The notes beneath the pieces were generated by a model, which made no database searches, was not told where the DNA came from, and saw only the letters and a list, made by a program, of their open reading frames with translations. Both the position numbers and the translations under genes were made by a program. A DNA stretch of 64,000 bases from an uncultured Burkholderiales bacterium. Its GTDB lineage: Bacteria; Pseudomonadota; Gammaproteobacteria; Burkholderiales; Burkholderiaceae_C. Below, piece after piece: positions 56,899-64,000 of this stretch; position 1 is the first letter of the stretch, and the number at the start of each line of letters is the position of its first letter. Where the stretch lies: positions 10,259 to 74,258 of the forward strand of contig CAIODK010000042.1 in the NCBI GenBank assembly GCA_903856995.1, read 5' to 3'.

Positions 56899-58449
56899 AT
56901 GACCACGATTCGCCAAAACGACCTGATTGAATCGGTCGCCGCCGCACTGCAGTACATCAGTTACTACCACCCTGCTGATTTCATCTCGCACCTGGCCAGC
57001 GCCTACCAACGCGAACAAAGCCCTGCGGCCAAAGACGCCATCGCACAAATCTTGACCAACAGCAAAATGAGTGCCTTCGGTCACCGCCCTATTTGCCAAG
57101 ATACCGGCATCGTCAACGTGTTCCTGAAAATTGGTATGGATGTGCGCTGGGAAGGCTTCACCGGCGGCTTAGAGGACGCCATCAACGAGGGCGTTCGCCG
57201 TGGCTACAACCACGCCGACAACATGCTTCGCGCCTCTGTGGTCGATGACCCACAGTTCGCCCGTAAAAACACAAAAGACAACACACCCGCCGTGATCTTC
57301 ACCCAGATCGTGCCGGGCAACAAAGTCGACATCACGGTTGCAGCCAAAGGTGGCGGCAGTGAAAACAAGTCGAAGATGTACATGCTCAACCCGAGCGATA
57401 ACGTGGTGGATTGGGTCCTCAAAACCGTACCCACGATGGGCGCTGGCTGGTGCCCTCCAGGCATGTTGGGCATTGGCATTGGCGGCACGGCTGAAAAAGC
57501 TGTACTCATGGCCAAAGAAAGCTTGATGGACGACTTGGACATGTACCAATTGCTGGAGAAATCAAGCAAGGGCGACACCCTAACCCAAGTCGAAGACTTG
57601 CGCTTGGAGCTGTATCACAAGGTCAACGCTTTGGGCATTGGCGCACAAGGCTTGGGCGGCTTGACCACCGTGCTCGACGTTAAGATCAAGATGTACCCGA
57701 CGCACGCGGCCAGCAAGCCGATTGCGATGATCCCGAACTGCGCAGCAACCCGCCACGCTCACTTTGTGATGGACGGCTCAGGCCCTGTCTTCTTAGAAGC
57801 CCCTTCGCTAGACCTGTGGCCCGACGTGAACTGGGCCCCCGATACCCAAAAGAGCAAGCGTGTGGACTTGAACACCTTAACCAAGGAAGAAGTCGCCAGT
57901 TGGACGCCCGGTCAAACCATCTTGCTCAACGGCAAGATGCTCACAGGCCGTGATGCGGCGCACAAGCGCATTCAAGACATGCTGGCCAAAGGCGAAAAGT
58001 TGCCTGTGGACTTCACTAACCGCGTGATTTACTACGTGGGCCCTGTCGACCCCGTAGGCGACGAGGTGGTGGGCCCTGCAGGCCCTACCACTGCCACCCG
58101 CATGGACAAGTTCACCGAGATGATGTTGGCCCAAACAGGTTTGATCTCAATGGTAGGTAAAGCTGAGCGCGGCCCCACCGCCATTGAAGCCATCAAGAAA
58201 CACAAATCAGCCTACCTCATGGCCGTGGGAGGCGCTGCCTACCTAGTGTCCAAAGCCATTAAGCACGCCAAAGTCGTGGGCTTTGCTGACTTAGGCATGG
58301 AAGCTATTTATGAGTTTGATGTGGTCGACATGCCCGTGACCGTGGCGGTGGATTCAGGCGGCACCAGCGCGCACATCACTGGACCTGCTGAGTGGCAAAA
58401 ACGTATAGCCACCGGTGAATTCAAAGGAATTGACATCAAGTCAAACTAA
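56899..58449 (+). CDS. fumA: Class I fumarate hydratase (Fe-S)
   Basis: ICQDTG, KGGGSENKS, GWCPPG, GPTTATRMD motifs. Confidence 0.94.
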   Translation: MTTIRQNDLIESVAAALQYISYYHPADFISHLASAYQREQSPAAKDAIAQILTNSKMSAFGHRPICQDTGIVNVFLKIGMDVRWEGFTGGLEDAINEGVRRGYNHADNMLRASVVDDPQFARKNTKDNTPAVIFTQIVPGNKVDITVAAKGGGSENKSKMYMLNPSDNVVDWVLKTVPTMGAGWCPPGMLGIGIGGTAEKAVLMAKESLMDDLDMYQLLEKSSKGDTLTQVEDLRLELYHKVNALGIGAQGLGGLTTVLDVKIKMYPTHAASKPIAMIPNCAATRHAHFVMDGSGPVFLEAPSLDLWPDVNWAPDTQKSKRVDLNTLTKEEVASWTPGQTILLNGKMLTGRDAAHKRIQDMLAKGEKLPVDFTNRVIYYVGPVDPVGDEVVGPAGPTTATRMDKFTEMMLAQTGLISMVGKAERGPTAIEAIKKHKSAYLMAVGGAAYLVSKAIKHAKVVGFADLGMEAIYEFDVVDMPVTVAVDSGGTSAHITGPAEWQKRIATGEFKGIDIKSN

Positions 58450-58459
58450 GTTTTCATAC

Positions 58460-58496
58460 AAAAAAACCGGCCCTCTTTGCAGAGGCCGGTTTTTTT
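58460..58496. terminator. Bidirectional rho-independent terminator
   Basis: AAAAAAACCGGCC...GGCCGGTTTTTTT between convergent genes. Confidence 0.85.
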
Positions 58497-58516
58497 ATGT
58501 CTTGCACGTAGAGGGC

Positions 58517-59146
58517 TTAGTGCAAGTGTCGTGGCTTGCGGCCACCATGGCCGCCACCACCGTGACCACTGCTTGGACCGCGTGGAGGACGACCTAGATC
58601 CAGTGAATTGACCAAATTATCAAAGCGTTCAGAAAACAACTTGTCTATTTCGTTCACCACACCGCCCAACTCGGCCCCGTCAAAATGACGTTCCATCAAA
58701 TGGATCACATCGTTGACCAACATGTCACGCTGGGCTTGCATGATGTCTGCAGGCGTGGGGCCCACAAACAGCATCACAAAATCATCACGTGAATCTTGAC
58801 CACGCGCTTCGTCTTCATCGTCGAAGTCATTGTCATAGAAGGTGACTTCAATGGGGGCGCCAGCAACAGTGAGCTCATTCAAGCTCATGCACATTTCATC
58901 CAAACTTTGGCGGAAATCGTCATCACCAGGTACCGTCCAACACATCTGCAAGGTGTGTTCTTCGGGGTTGAAGCGAATACCCGGCTCTTCGGGGTAGGAG
59001 CTGGCGGCACCGTCTTCAAGCGAGGCAGCGCCGGCATATTGCCATAAAGGGCGCAAAGCGTCTTGCAACTGATCCAAGCCAACTTCTGACTGCAATGGAA
59101 CCAGCCCATGCACATGAATTTCGTACGCGGCGTTGTAGCGTGCCAT
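58517..59146 (-). CDS. Conserved hypothetical acidic protein with Gly/His/Arg-rich tail
   Basis: AAGGAG RBS; 209 aa; starts 30 bp downstream of tRNA-Leu. Confidence 0.7.
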   Translation of the reverse strand: MARYNAAYEIHVHGLVPLQSEVGLDQLQDALRPLWQYAGAASLEDGAASSYPEEPGIRFNPEEHTLQMCWTVPGDDDFRQSLDEMCMSLNELTVAGAPIEVTFYDNDFDDEDEARGQDSRDDFVMLFVGPTPADIMQAQRDMLVNDVIHLMERHFDGAELGGVVNEIDKLFSERFDNLVNSLDLGRPPRGPSSGHGGGGHGGRKPRHLH

Positions 59147-59175
59147 GAAGAAACTCCTTCAAATGTGCGTTTAAA

Positions 59176-59265
59176 TGGTGCCCGAGACCGGAATCGAACC
59201 GGTACGCCCCTTACGGAAGCGAGAGATTTTAAGTCTCTTGTGTCTACCAATTTCACCACTCGGGC
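59176..59265 (-). tRNA. tRNA-Leu (anticodon TAA)
   Basis: GCCCGAGTGGTGAAATTGGTAGACAC...AGAGA-CTTAAAA-TCTCT...long variable arm...GGTTCGATTCC...CTCGGGCACCA. Confidence 0.96.
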
Positions 59266-59417
59266 AGTGTCTTTGTTTGCGTTTATTTTACGTCAGCCAC
59301 CTGAGAGACTGGACAAACACCTCGTCGATTTCCGATATTTTTAGTCTATATTTGCGCTGGAAGTTTTTAAGCAAGGCTTAAAGCCATCAACCATTGAATC
59401 CATTAAGGAGACTATTC

Positions 59418-59801
59418 ATGACGCAACGTGCCACCCACCATTTTTTACTGGCTTCCCTCCTCGGCCTGTGCCTCAGCATGGCTCACGCTGCAGACAAAAA
59501 AGAAACGGCAGACCCTGCGGTGAAAAAGTCAGACGCGGGGATTTGTCATGACAAGACCAGCACTTCATTTGGTAACACCAAGAAGTTCACAGGCTTTGCG
59601 TCCATGGATGAATGCGTGAAAAGCGGCGGCCGCGCCGCAGCTGGACAACCCGCAGCCGCAACTGAGGCCATCGTCAAGAAGTCTGACTCTGGCATTTGCC
59701 ACGACAAGAACAGCGCCAGTTACGAACGTACCAAAAAGTTCACTGAATTCAAAGCCTTGGACGAGTGCGTCAAGAGCGGCGGCACACTGCCTAAAAAGTA
59801 A
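59418..59801 (+). CDS. Small exported protein with two tandem 37-aa Cys-containing repeats
   Basis: AAGGAG RBS, signal peptide (AHA-A), two copies of VKKSDxGICHDKxSxSxxxTKKFTxFxxxDECVKSGG. Confidence 0.8.
   Translation: MTQRATHHFLLASLLGLCLSMAHAADKKETADPAVKKSDAGICHDKTSTSFGNTKKFTGFASMDECVKSGGRAAAGQPAAATEAIVKKSDSGICHDKNSASYERTKKFTEFKALDECVKSGGTLPKK
59520..59783 (+). repeat. Intragenic diverged direct repeat, 2 x 111 bp (59520-59630 and 59673-59783)
   Basis: Both copies encode near-identical peptides with many synonymous differences. Confidence 0.85.
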
Positions 59802-59824
59802 GCCTGCTGAGCGCAGCGCAGGGA

Positions 59825-60751
59825 TCAGAGTCCCGCGCTGTTGCGCGCCACTTCGTCAAAAATCTTTTGCCGAATTTCGTTCTTACGTCGGAGTTGCGAA
59901 CGCTTGTTCGACGGCACGTCTTGCTCCGAACGGGCCTCCCATTGAATGGGCAAACTCCAGTGCACTTTGGACAGCGCACCCGTGGTGCCAAGTTCTGCCC
60001 ACAAACCGTCATAACTCTGCCCCACACGCTGGGACAAACTGCGGTAGCCTGAATACACATGCGCAACATCAGAGACGCCCACCATCGCCACCAACTGCCA
60101 GCCAGATGCTAAGCCTTGCAACGCGGTCATCAAGATGTTTTGGGGTCGTGTTCGCTCCATTTTTTGCGTGACGATTTTGATTTCTTGATTCAAAAAGCGC
60201 TGGCCCTGCATATTGCCTATGGCCATCACATAACCAGGGCTGGGGATGCCCACCATCGTCGCAGGCAAGATGCTGAACGCCGCGCGCATCACGGCCGCAC
60301 CGTTCCATTTGAGATGTAACTCAAACTCCCCTTCTCGGCCCAAGCCACGACCGGGCTCGATCTCGAGGGTGATCATCCCCTCTGGGTAAGTTTGGGTGAA
60401 AAACGAATACGAGCCGCGCTTGTAAAAGTCCACGACTGTTTGAGCTGAATAGCGCGCCATCAGCCACTCAAAGTGTGCCAGCAGGCCATTGGTTCTGGCC
60501 TCTGAGCCTAAACCGCCCCACAAATAGGGCCGCATAGGACGCAACATCACCGGCAACTCGCTATGGGTGAGTTCATTCAAGCCGTGCGTTTGAAAGAAAC
60601 TACGGATGCGGTGCAACTGCGACCCGCACAACCAATATCGCAAACGAAACTTCAAGCGTCGTTTGGCGGTTTGCATCCATCCGCCCGAACCGTTGTCAGT
60701 GAGGCGAAATAACTCTTCCGAGCTCGGTGCATCCAAATTGCTGTGGGTCAT
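59825..60751 (-). CDS. VirK/YbjX (DUF535) family protein
   Basis: RPYL, REGE, IGNMQG, RPQNIL, YDGLWAELG, VPSNKRSQLRR pattern. Confidence 0.75.
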   Translation of the reverse strand: MTHSNLDAPSSEELFRLTDNGSGGWMQTAKRRLKFRLRYWLCGSQLHRIRSFFQTHGLNELTHSELPVMLRPMRPYLWGGLGSEARTNGLLAHFEWLMARYSAQTVVDFYKRGSYSFFTQTYPEGMITLEIEPGRGLGREGEFELHLKWNGAAVMRAAFSILPATMVGIPSPGYVMAIGNMQGQRFLNQEIKIVTQKMERTRPQNILMTALQGLASGWQLVAMVGVSDVAHVYSGYRSLSQRVGQSYDGLWAELGTTGALSKVHWSLPIQWEARSEQDVPSNKRSQLRRKNEIRQKIFDEVARNSAGL

Positions 60752-60772
60752 TGGTGTTGCTTCGATAAATAC

Positions 60773-60810
60773 AAAAGAGCCCCTGCAACATGTGTTTCAG
60801 GGGCTCTTTG
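60773..60810 (-). terminator. Terminator downstream of tRNA-Gly
   Basis: AAAGAGCCCCTG...CAGGGGCTCTTT inverted repeat. Confidence 0.75.
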
Positions 60811-60814
60811 AAAT

Positions 60815-60890
60815 TGGAGCGGGAAACGAGATTCGAACTCGCGACCTCAACCTTGGCAAGGTTGCGCTCTACCAACTGAGCTATTCCCGC
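60815..60890 (-). tRNA. tRNA-Gly (anticodon GCC)
   Basis: GCGGGAATAGCTCAGTTGGTAGAGCG-CAACC-TTGCCAA-GGTTG-AGGTCGCGAGTTCGAATCTCGTTTCCCGCTCCA, 76 nt. Confidence 0.97.
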
Positions 60891-60976
60891 GTGGAGTGAT
60901 TAATTCCGAAGCCATAATTCTAAACGCAAATAGCGCTCAATTTCAGGACTACGATGAAGAAAACTTGAAGATTGAC

Positions 60977-63547
60977 ATGCCACACGATTCACAAGCTTCA
61001 AAAACCAAAGCCGCGGTGATGCCTTGGTGGCTTCAAGTCGCCAGTGAAAGCGTGACGCCAATCGAAAGCAACGGCTTGTCGTCAGACCAAGCACGAGAAC
61101 TTGCCAGCGCCTTTGGCCCCAATACGCTGTCGACCCACAACGGCCCCTCACTGATTCAGCAGTTTCTTGCGCGCTTTAAAAACCCGTTGGTGGTGGTGTT
61201 GCTGATGGCCAGCTCTGTTTCTGCGCTCACAGGTGAGGTGACCAACTTCGCCATCATCAGCGGCATCGTGATGCTCAGCGTGAGCTTGGACTTTGTACAA
61301 GAGTTTCGTGCCAACGCCGCCGCAGACAAACTTCGGCAATCGGTTTCCGTGCGAACCACCGTGTTACGAGATGGTGCCCCCATTGATATGCCTGTGCGTG
61401 ACGTGGTGCCGGGCGACATCGTCCTGCTGAGCGCAGGGTGCTTGGTGCCTGCGGACGCGTTGGTGCTAGAGGCCAAGGACTTCTTCGTCAACCAATCACT
61501 GCTTACGGGGGAGGCCTACCCTATTGAAAAGAAACCGGGCTTGTTACCCGAGACGGCAACCGACATGCAAGAAGCCAGCAATGCCGTTTTTATGGGCACA
61601 TCTGTCATTGGTGGAAGTGCACGCGTTTGGGTGGTCAAAACAGGTACTCAAACAGCGATGGGCGACATTGCTGACAGCATTCAAAAGCCAACACCGGCCA
61701 CCTCGTTTGAAGTCGGGACGCGTCGCTTTGGCATGCTCATCATGCGGTTGACCGTGGTACTGGTGTTGTTTGTGCTGTTGGTGAACGCGTGGTTCCACAA
61801 ACCTTGGTTGGAATCATTTTTGTTTGCCGTTGCGTTGGCCGTCGGTTTGACGCCCGAACTGCTCCCCATGGTGGTTTCGGTCACCTTGTCACGCGGGGCC
61901 ATCCGTTTGGCCAAACTACAAATGATTGTGAAGCGCCAAACGGCCATTCAAGACTTGGGGTCGATGGACGTTCTGTGCACCGATAAAACGGGCACCCTCA
62001 CCGAAGCCAAAATTCGCCTTGAACGTCACCTCGATATCAACGGGCAACCCAGCCCACGGGTGTTAGAGCTTGCCTACATCAACAGCTTTTTTGAAACGGG
62101 CTTAAAGAACCCGCTGGACGAAGCAATTCTGAATCACCAAACCATCGACGTGAGCGCGTGGAAAAAAATTGACGAGATCCCCTTTGACTTTGAACGTCGG
62201 TGCGTCTCAGTGCTGGTCGACAACGGTACGCAACGCTGGCTTGTCGCCAAAGGTGCCGCAGAAGACATGGTTCGCTTGTGCACGCACGTGGAAGTGATCG
62301 CAGAAGAAGAAGAAGTCAAACCATGCGAAGTGGACGACGCGATCTTGCAGGAGGTTCAAGATCGTTTCCATGCACTGGAAAGTGATGGCCTGCGCGTACT
62401 CGGCGTCGCCTGGCGCGAGGTACCTCGCGACCATGAGGCGGCTGTGGTCAACGATGAATCAGGGTTGGTGCTGGCAGGCTTTGCAGCATTTTTAGACCCC
62501 CCAAAAGTCAGCGCAGAACCTGCGCTTCGTCAACTTCAACAAGCGGGCATCACCATCAAGGTGGTCACCGGCGACAGCGATTTGGTCACACGTCATGTCT
62601 GCGCGCAATTGAACATTCAAGTGGTTGACGTATTGACCGGAAAAGAGATCGCACAGTTGGATGATCAAACACTACAACGGCGTGTCGAAACGGCTAATCT
62701 TTTTTGTCGCGTGAACCCTGGTCAAAAACAGCGGGTCATCTTGGCACTTAAAGCCAACGGACATGTGGTGGGATATATGGGCGATGGCATCAACGACGCG
62801 CCTTCGCTGCACTCAGCCGACGTTGGCTTGTCGGTGGACTCAGCCGTTGATGTGGCCAAAGCCGCTGCAGACATTATCTTATTGAGACAAGATTTAAATG
62901 TGTTGCATGCGGGCGTGCTGGAGGGCCGCCGCACCTTTGGCAACATCATGAAATACATCATGATGGGCACCAGCTCCAACTTCGGCAATATGTTCAGCAT
63001 GGCCGGTGCGGCTCTTTTTCTGCCATTTCTGCCTATGTTACCGACGCAGATTTTGCTGAACAACATCCTGTATGACATTTCAGAAATTCCAATCCCACTG
63101 GACGAAGTCGATGCCGAAGAAACGGCCAAACCACGCGTTCTGGACCTGGATTTCATTCGAAACTTCATGCTCATCATCGGATCCATCAGCTCGGTCTTTG
63201 ACTTTTTGACCTTCTATGTGTTGCTAGTGGTTTTACAAGCAGAAGAACAACTGTTTCAAACGGGTTGGTTTGTCGAGTCACTGTGCACGCAGGTGTTGGT
63301 CATTTTCATCATTCGCACGCGCGGCAACCCCTTTAAAAGCAGGCCTCACCCGTTATTGACTGTCACCTCTTTAGCCATCGTCGCAACGGCAATTGGCTTA
63401 CCGTTGACACCACTCGGTGCGCACCTAGGGTTTGTCGCACCGCCCGCCTATTTCTACGGCATCTTGTCGGTGATGGTGGTCACCTACCTTGCCGTCGTCG
63501 AGGTGGTCAAACGTATGTTTTACCGCCGCGCACTCTCGCATCAATAG
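60977..63547 (+). CDS. mgtA: Magnesium-translocating P-type ATPase
   Basis: LTGE, VGLTPELLP, DKTGTLT, PFDFERR, GDGINDAP, SSNFGNMFS motifs; start placed at MPHDS. Confidence 0.92.
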   Translation: MPHDSQASKTKAAVMPWWLQVASESVTPIESNGLSSDQARELASAFGPNTLSTHNGPSLIQQFLARFKNPLVVVLLMASSVSALTGEVTNFAIISGIVMLSVSLDFVQEFRANAAADKLRQSVSVRTTVLRDGAPIDMPVRDVVPGDIVLLSAGCLVPADALVLEAKDFFVNQSLLTGEAYPIEKKPGLLPETATDMQEASNAVFMGTSVIGGSARVWVVKTGTQTAMGDIADSIQKPTPATSFEVGTRRFGMLIMRLTVVLVLFVLLVNAWFHKPWLESFLFAVALAVGLTPELLPMVVSVTLSRGAIRLAKLQMIVKRQTAIQDLGSMDVLCTDKTGTLTEAKIRLERHLDINGQPSPRVLELAYINSFFETGLKNPLDEAILNHQTIDVSAWKKIDEIPFDFERRCVSVLVDNGTQRWLVAKGAAEDMVRLCTHVEVIAEEEEVKPCEVDDAILQEVQDRFHALESDGLRVLGVAWREVPRDHEAAVVNDESGLVLAGFAAFLDPPKVSAEPALRQLQQAGITIKVVTGDSDLVTRHVCAQLNIQVVDVLTGKEIAQLDDQTLQRRVETANLFCRVNPGQKQRVILALKANGHVVGYMGDGINDAPSLHSADVGLSVDSAVDVAKAAADIILLRQDLNVLHAGVLEGRRTFGNIMKYIMMGTSSNFGNMFSMAGAALFLPFLPMLPTQILLNNILYDISEIPIPLDEVDAEETAKPRVLDLDFIRNFMLIIGSISSVFDFLTFYVLLVVLQAEEQLFQTGWFVESLCTQVLVIFIIRTRGNPFKSRPHPLLTVTSLAIVATAIGLPLTPLGAHLGFVAPPAYFYGILSVMVVTYLAVVEVVKRMFYRRALSHQ

Positions 63548-64000
63548 CCCAAGGCCTTCGCAATTTGGTGGCGCGGCACGGTGGACTTGGGGCACTTACC
63601 CTTGGGCAACTCAAACCATTTGCGCACATCATCTTGCACCCCAACGCCATGCATATAGTTGTAAATGGCCTTCTTCAATCCGAGTCCAAGGGTGTCGTGA
63701 TCTGTGCCAGTGGGGTCGATAAAGCCGATGTCATTCTTGGCAAAGCTCACCTGAGGCAATGGCACGACTTGCACACCGTAGTCAGCGGGGTTCATGCCTA
63801 CAGGTGAGTGCACCGTGCAAGCAAACCGGTGGAAGAATCCACTTTGAATGCATCCGTTTTCAAACAGTTGTCGCACATACTCCAGCGCGTCCACCGTGTC
63901 TTGCACGGTCTGGGTGGGAAACCCGTACATCAGGTAGGCATGCACCAAGATACCTGCCTCAGAGAAACCTTTGGTGACCTGCGCCACCTGGGCCACCGAG
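63541..64000 (-). CDS. Radical SAM protein (B12-binding-like family), C-terminal part; begins beyond the window
   Basis: GILVHAYLMYGFPTQT...IQSGFFHRF pattern; the CxxxCxxC motif is not within the window. Confidence 0.7.
   Translation of the reverse strand, partial: SVAQVAQVTKGFSEAGILVHAYLMYGFPTQTVQDTVDALEYVRQLFENGCIQSGFFHRFACTVHSPVGMNPADYGVQVVPLPQVSFAKNDIGFIDPTGTDHDTLGLGLKKAIYNYMHGVGVQDDVRKWFELPKGKCPKSTVPRHQIAKALGY

Noticed and set aside
1-64000. CRISPR arrays, IS elements, integrases, prophage genes, rRNA
   Set aside because: No regularly spaced repeats or recognisable transposase, integrase, phage or rRNA sequence seen by eye.

Overview
Chromosomal window from a betaproteobacterium, most likely Comamonadaceae and possibly Limnohabitans-like (inferred from gene content such as several Bug/TctC receptors, not from a search). 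From left to right it holds: an uncharacterised LysR-linked operon (SDR, Bug, CMD-like, barrel protein, partial pcaI-like CoA-transferase); a D-apionate cluster (apnO, dctP, RuBisCO-like protein, oiaK, GntR); selD, yjdM/phnA and arfB; an ~18 kb cyclohexanecarboxylate region (badH-badI-aliB-aliA-ACAD-gcdH, MarR, PobR-like AraC, SDR/KstD-like flavoprotein/NIPSNAP, SDR plus Liv-type ABC importer); grpE-dnaK-dnaJ; a beta-CASP nuclease and eptA; a cyanophycin locus (two cphA paralogues plus a divergent ABC exporter and DUF1854-like gene); a malonate operon; lgt, ilvD, cytochrome c, fumarase; tRNA-Leu(TAA), tRNA-Gly(GCC); mgtA; and a partial radical SAM gene. I saw no integrase, IS element, prophage or CRISPR array. 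The two strongest leads are (1) reciprocal loss of active sites between the two CphA paralogues, next to a Zn-ribbon ABC exporter and with no cyanophycinase in the locus, and (2) a badK-less cyclohexanecarboxylate cluster with a candidate second (aromatising) route and a shared palindromic operator. All product calls come from motif recognition; no database searches were run.
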